Sequence record: SRR31156797_1554
Direction: 5' to 3' (one strand)
DNA: 33,359 bases
The number at the start of each line of letters is the position of its first letter. Positions within the stretch are counted from its first letter, which is position 1. Both the position numbers and the translations under genes were made by a program. The notes beneath the pieces were generated by a model. It made no database searches, had not been told where the DNA came from, and was given only the letters and a program-made list of their open reading frames with translations. Below, piece by piece: positions 29,576 to 33,359 of the stretch.

Positions 29576-30519
29576 AAATATACGAAAACAACGTTCAGTC
29601 CATAGGGAACACCCCGCTTATAAGACTGAATAACATCCAAGGGAAGTACGAAAACAATTTATTTGCAAAGATTGAAGGGCGTAATCCGGCATACTCAGTT
29701 AAATGCCGAATTGCCGCAGGCATAATCAACGATGCTATCGAAGCTGGTAAGTTAAATGAAGGGATGACAGTCATCGAGGCTACCAGCGGGAATACAGGGA
29801 TAGGGCTCGCATACGTTGGTGCGGCTCTTGGCTATAAAGTTGCCCTCATCATGCCTGACACCATGAGTGTTGAGCGCAGAATGATGATGAAAGCGTTCGG
29901 AGCGGAGCTAATCCTCACCGAAGGGAAGAAAGGCATGGCTGGGGCTGTTGCGCTTGCTGACCAGATGATCAATGACGAGCCGGAGAAGTATTTCCTCGCT
30001 AATCAGTTCAGAAACCCTTCTAACCCGAAGATACACGTCAAAACTACCGGTCCTGAGATTTATAACGATCTCGATGGTAAGGTTGATGTTTTTGTAGCCG
30101 GCGTGGGCACAGGCGGTACTATTACTGGTGTAAGCAGATATCTTAAAAATGATAAAGGCTTAAACCTCACGTCTGTGGCGGTTGAACCGCTCAAAAGTCC
30201 TATTATAACTCAGTACATGGCATCAAAGGATTTACAGCCGTCACCACACGGCATACAGGGGATAGGAGCGGGCTTTATACCTGATATATTAGATGTTTCT
30301 ATCATCGACCGTATCGAAAGGGTAGAAGATGAAGACGCAAGAAGCTATGCGAGAATGCTAGCAGAGAAAGAAGGTATCATATGCGGTATCTCTTCCGGAG
30401 CGGCACTCAAAGGCGCACTTCAGGCTATTGAATCTCTTGAGTTAAAAGGTAAAAATATAGTGATTATCCTCCCTGATTCAGGCGAAAGATATCTATCACT
30501 TGGGCTCTACGATAGTTAA
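29572..30519 (+). CDS. cysK: Cysteine synthase A
   Basis: NPAYSVKCR (PLP Lys), TSGNTG, GVGTGGT, IQGIGAGFIP, PDSGERYLS. Confidence 0.95.
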   Translation: MKIYENNVQSIGNTPLIRLNNIQGKYENNLFAKIEGRNPAYSVKCRIAAGIINDAIEAGKLNEGMTVIEATSGNTGIGLAYVGAALGYKVALIMPDTMSVERRMMMKAFGAELILTEGKKGMAGAVALADQMINDEPEKYFLANQFRNPSNPKIHVKTTGPEIYNDLDGKVDVFVAGVGTGGTITGVSRYLKNDKGLNLTSVAVEPLKSPIITQYMASKDLQPSPHGIQGIGAGFIPDILDVSIIDRIERVEDEDARSYARMLAEKEGIICGISSGAALKGALQAIESLELKGKNIVIILPDSGERYLSLGLYDS

Positions 30520-30529
30520 TAAATCATTT

Positions 30530-30637
30530 GTCATTCTGAGGAGAATCAAAAAGATTTGACGTGAGAATCTCAGCCATATTAACAACAACACATAAGGCTT
30601 AGACCCTCACGTCGGACGGAGTCCTCCTCAGGGTGAC
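30530..30637. repeat. Full GTCA-type REP/CIR-like composite palindrome (MITE-like)
   Basis: Outer IR GTCATTCTGAGGAG / CTCCTCAGGGTGAC; inner IR GACGTGAGAATCT / AGACCCTCACGTC; side hairpins AATC-A5-GATT and GGAC-GGA-GTCC. Confidence 0.75.
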
Positions 30638-30654
30638 GTTTGCCACTTTCCCTG

Positions 30655-30682
30655 TTGACTTATATTCTCAATACTCCATAAT
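30655..30682 (+). promoter_or_regulatory. Possible sigma70 promoter of ebfC-recR-rng
   Basis: TTGACT-N16-CATAAT. Confidence 0.45.
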
Positions 30683-30760
30683 ATATAGTTCGCACACAAG
30701 ACGATATCAATACGGGTTCGCCCGATATTATAAAAGAATATTAATGAATTGGAGAATTTT

Positions 30761-31075
30761 ATGAACATTCAGCAAATGATGAAACAGGCTCAGAAAATGC
30801 AGAAAAAGATGGAAGAAGTTCAGGAAGAGGCAGCTAAAGAGGTTGTCGAGGCTACTTCCGGCGGTGGAATGGTAACTGTAACTGTCAACGGAAAACAGGA
30901 AATCATCGGTCTCACTATAGAGAAAGATGTTGTAGACCCTGAGGACGTAGACATGCTTCAGGACCTTGTACTGGCTGCTGTCAACGAAGGACTTAAAAAG
31001 TCTCAGGAAGTTGTTCAGGAGAAGATGTCCGCAGTAACAGGCGGCATGGGACTGAACATTCCGGGTATGTTCTAA
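30761..31075 (+). CDS. ybaB: YbaB/EbfC nucleoid-associated protein
   Basis: [38 protein letters not shown]; recR adjacent. Confidence 0.95.
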   Translation: MNIQQMMKQAQKMQKKMEEVQEEAAKEVVEATSGGGMVTVTVNGKQEIIGLTIEKDVVDPEDVDMLQDLVLAAVNEGLKKSQEVVQEKMSAVTGGMGLNIPGMF

Positions 31076-31089
31076 ACCACTAATCACTT

Positions 31090-31683
31090 ATGAAAAACAG
31101 GATCTTTGAGCGTTGCGTAGGCGAACTCTCAAGACTCCCCGGTATAGGCAGAAAAACCGCCGCAAGGCTCGCTCTGCACATACTGAAAGCTGACGGCGAA
31201 CAGGTGAAAGCCCTAGCTGAAAGCCTCACGGAGCTTAAGGAGAAAACCGTCTTCTGCAAGATATGCGGAAATATGTCCGAAACAGAAATCTGCCACATAT
31301 GCACAGACGACTATCGTAATAAGGGTCAGATATGTGTTGTGGAGGAAGCTAAGGATATCTTTATCATCGAGGCGACAGGCTTTTATCGTGGACTTTACCA
31401 CGTGCTTGGCGGGCGTATATCCCCCCTCGACGGCATAGGACCGGAAGAGCTCACCATCGACTCACTCCTAGAGCGTGCAAAAACAGAAGACATAACAGAG
31501 ATTATACTCGCCACCAACCCTGATATAGAGGGCGAGACAACAGCTATATACCTCTCAAAACTCCTGAAAAAGAACGACCTGAAAGTAACAAAAATAGCCA
31601 GCGGTGTCCCTATAGGCACTAATCTGGAATACACTGACGAAATCACACTGCTCAAAGCTATGGAGCAAAGAAAAGATTTCTAA
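31090..31683 (+). CDS. recR: Recombination mediator RecR
   Basis: LPGIGRKTA.RLA HhH, C4 zinc finger, YHVLGG.ISPLDG, EGETTA (Toprim). Confidence 0.97.
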   Translation: MKNRIFERCVGELSRLPGIGRKTAARLALHILKADGEQVKALAESLTELKEKTVFCKICGNMSETEICHICTDDYRNKGQICVVEEAKDIFIIEATGFYRGLYHVLGGRISPLDGIGPEELTIDSLLERAKTEDITEIILATNPDIEGETTAIYLSKLLKKNDLKVTKIASGVPIGTNLEYTDEITLLKAMEQRKDF

Positions 31684-31763
31684 ACTGACAGCAGGCGAGA
31701 ACTTATATCCCGCTTTGCACCACAGCGGGTGATCTAACCTATCACCCCTAAGGCAATAGAAAG

Positions 31764-33284
31764 ATGTCAAAAGAGATTATAGTCAATTCGACTTTAAATG
31801 AAGTTCGGGTAGCCATCCTAGAGAACGGCAATCCGGCAGAAATATATGTAGAACGTGCCCACAGTAAAAATGTTGCGGGGAATATCTATAAAGGGCGAGT
31901 GATAAAAGTCCTCCCAGGAATCCAGTCAGCATTTGTTGACGTAGGCTTGCCAAAGGCAGCCTTCCTCCCTGCTGCGGATGTTTATGTTGAAAACGGTGAG
32001 CGTGTCAGCTTCCTGGAAAACAACATAGACGGCGAACGGGAAATGGCGGATATCGAAATGAACGGTGACGAACCGAAAGATATCCCACCCATCGAGGATA
32101 TGCTCAAAGAAGGACAGGATATCATCGTTCAGGTGGCTAAAGAAGCCATAGGGCAAAAGGGTGCAAGATTAACAACTCACCTCACAGTTCCGGGGCGATA
32201 CATCGTCCTTATGCCTGGCTACGAACACGTCGGCGTATCACGCAAAATCGAAAATGACGAAGAACGTGACAGACTTCGTGACGTTTTGAAAAAAATAAAA
32301 TCACCAAACATGGGACTCATCGCCAGAACAGTTTCGCAAGGTCATGACGAAGAAGAACTCAGGGCTGATTTCGACTATCTGTCAAGACTTTGGGGTAAAA
32401 TCCGTGATAAAATGACAAGCAAATCCCCATGCCTGATATACGAGGATCACGGGCTTGTATTCCGCATACTTCGTGACGCTGCAACAGCAGAAGTTAGCAG
32501 AATAGTCATTGATAATAAAGCTGATTTTTTAAAGATAAAATCCTTCCTCAGAGAATTCCTACCCGACATGAACATGGAAGTTTCCCTGTTCACAAACGAC
32601 ATACCTATTTTCGACTATTATAACATCGAGATAGAGATCGGGCGTATCCTCGACAAGAAGGTCTGGTTGAAATCAGGCGGATATATCATTATCGATCAGG
32701 CGGAAGCGCTCACTGTTATCGATGTAAATACAGGTAAATTCGTAGGAAAGCGTAACTTCGAAGACACAATTCTCAAAACCAACCTTGAGGCGTCGAAAGA
32801 GATCGCATGGCAGTTAAAACTTAGAAATATCGGCGGAATAATCATCGTCGATTACATAGATATGGCGAAGGAAGAGAACCAGCAAAAAGTTCTGAAAGCG
32901 CTTGAAAATGAGATGAAATCAGACCGTGCAAAAGCATCTGTTGTAAACATCTCACCGCTCGGATTGGTCGAGATCACACGTAAGCGTGTGCAGGAATCAC
33001 TCAGCCGTGTGCTCAGCGAACCTTGCCCGTACTGCGAGGGGCGTGGACTGGTCAAAAGCAAGCTGACTATATGTTATGATATACTCAGGGAAGTTCGCAG
33101 GATTGCACCATTTGTACGCAACAAAAAAATAGTTATCGAGGCACATCCGGACGTTGTTGACCTTATACTCGACGACGAGAAAGAATCACTCGATGAGATA
33201 GAGCTTATGATGTGTGTGGACGTTGAGGTTAACCCTAACCATAACATGCACATCCACGACTACGAAGTAACCCCGCTCGACTAG
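31764..33284 (+). CDS. rng: Rne/Rng family ribonuclease (RNase G-sized)
   Basis: S1 domain (GNIYKGRV), VIDVNTG, GGIIIVDYID, CPYC zinc link; 506 aa with no scaffold tail. Confidence 0.92.
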   Translation: MSKEIIVNSTLNEVRVAILENGNPAEIYVERAHSKNVAGNIYKGRVIKVLPGIQSAFVDVGLPKAAFLPAADVYVENGERVSFLENNIDGEREMADIEMNGDEPKDIPPIEDMLKEGQDIIVQVAKEAIGQKGARLTTHLTVPGRYIVLMPGYEHVGVSRKIENDEERDRLRDVLKKIKSPNMGLIARTVSQGHDEEELRADFDYLSRLWGKIRDKMTSKSPCLIYEDHGLVFRILRDAATAEVSRIVIDNKADFLKIKSFLREFLPDMNMEVSLFTNDIPIFDYYNIEIEIGRILDKKVWLKSGGYIIIDQAEALTVIDVNTGKFVGKRNFEDTILKTNLEASKEIAWQLKLRNIGGIIIVDYIDMAKEENQQKVLKALENEMKSDRAKASVVNISPLGLVEITRKRVQESLSRVLSEPCPYCEGRGLVKSKLTICYDILREVRRIAPFVRNKKIVIEAHPDVVDLILDDEKESLDEIELMMCVDVEVNPNHNMHIHDYEVTPLD

Positions 33285-33359
33285 GTCGGTAGCACCAACA
33301 GGCGAATCGGGAGAGGATGTTTTGTGCCACCTATTTTGTCGGCTCATTTCATTCACCGG

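Noticed and set aside
30640-30760. SRP RNA (ffs) or tRNA upstream of ybaB-recR
   Set aside because: No SRP domain IV motif or tRNA cloverleaf/T-loop seen.
33285-33359. Sequence after rng at the right edge
   Set aside because: Too short; no supportable ORF, terminator or RNA motif.

Overview
Gene-dense, mostly core bacterial chromosome segment. Gene content and protein style suggest an anaerobic Gram-negative such as Deferribacterota; this is inference. Left end: the first 15 codons of a flagellin (missed by the ORF track), a structured and GGA-rich leader, sigma28-driven flaG and a divergent Maf-type flagellin glycosyltransferase. Next is a minus-strand block (mltB, a DHp-only kinase-like protein, argB, pcm, TIGR00725-like, RpoS-like sigma, M24 peptidase). 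The centre holds rpe, an orphan receiver and an ~11.5 kb atypical glycogen/alpha-glucan cluster: a nucleotidyltransferase fused to a degenerate phosphomutase, three GH57 enzymes, a GalT-like HIT protein, a motif-divergent GlgA and a DUF4912 protein, with no GlgC, GH13 GlgB/GlgX or GlgP in the window. Then come ferritin, a candidate structured ncRNA, the MOSC-MogA/tmk/holB/ricT/metG/tatD/receiver/USP block, copZ-cysK, a REP-like palindrome, ebfC-recR and RNase G/E. No rRNA, tRNA, CRISPR, transposase or phage genes were seen. Best leads are the non-canonical glycogen pathway, the flagellin leader (twin hairpins with identical CCACUAA loops plus a cluster of CsrA-type GGA motifs), the DHp-only protein and the 22.3 kb structured intergenic element. 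All calls come from manual motif recognition; no searches were run.
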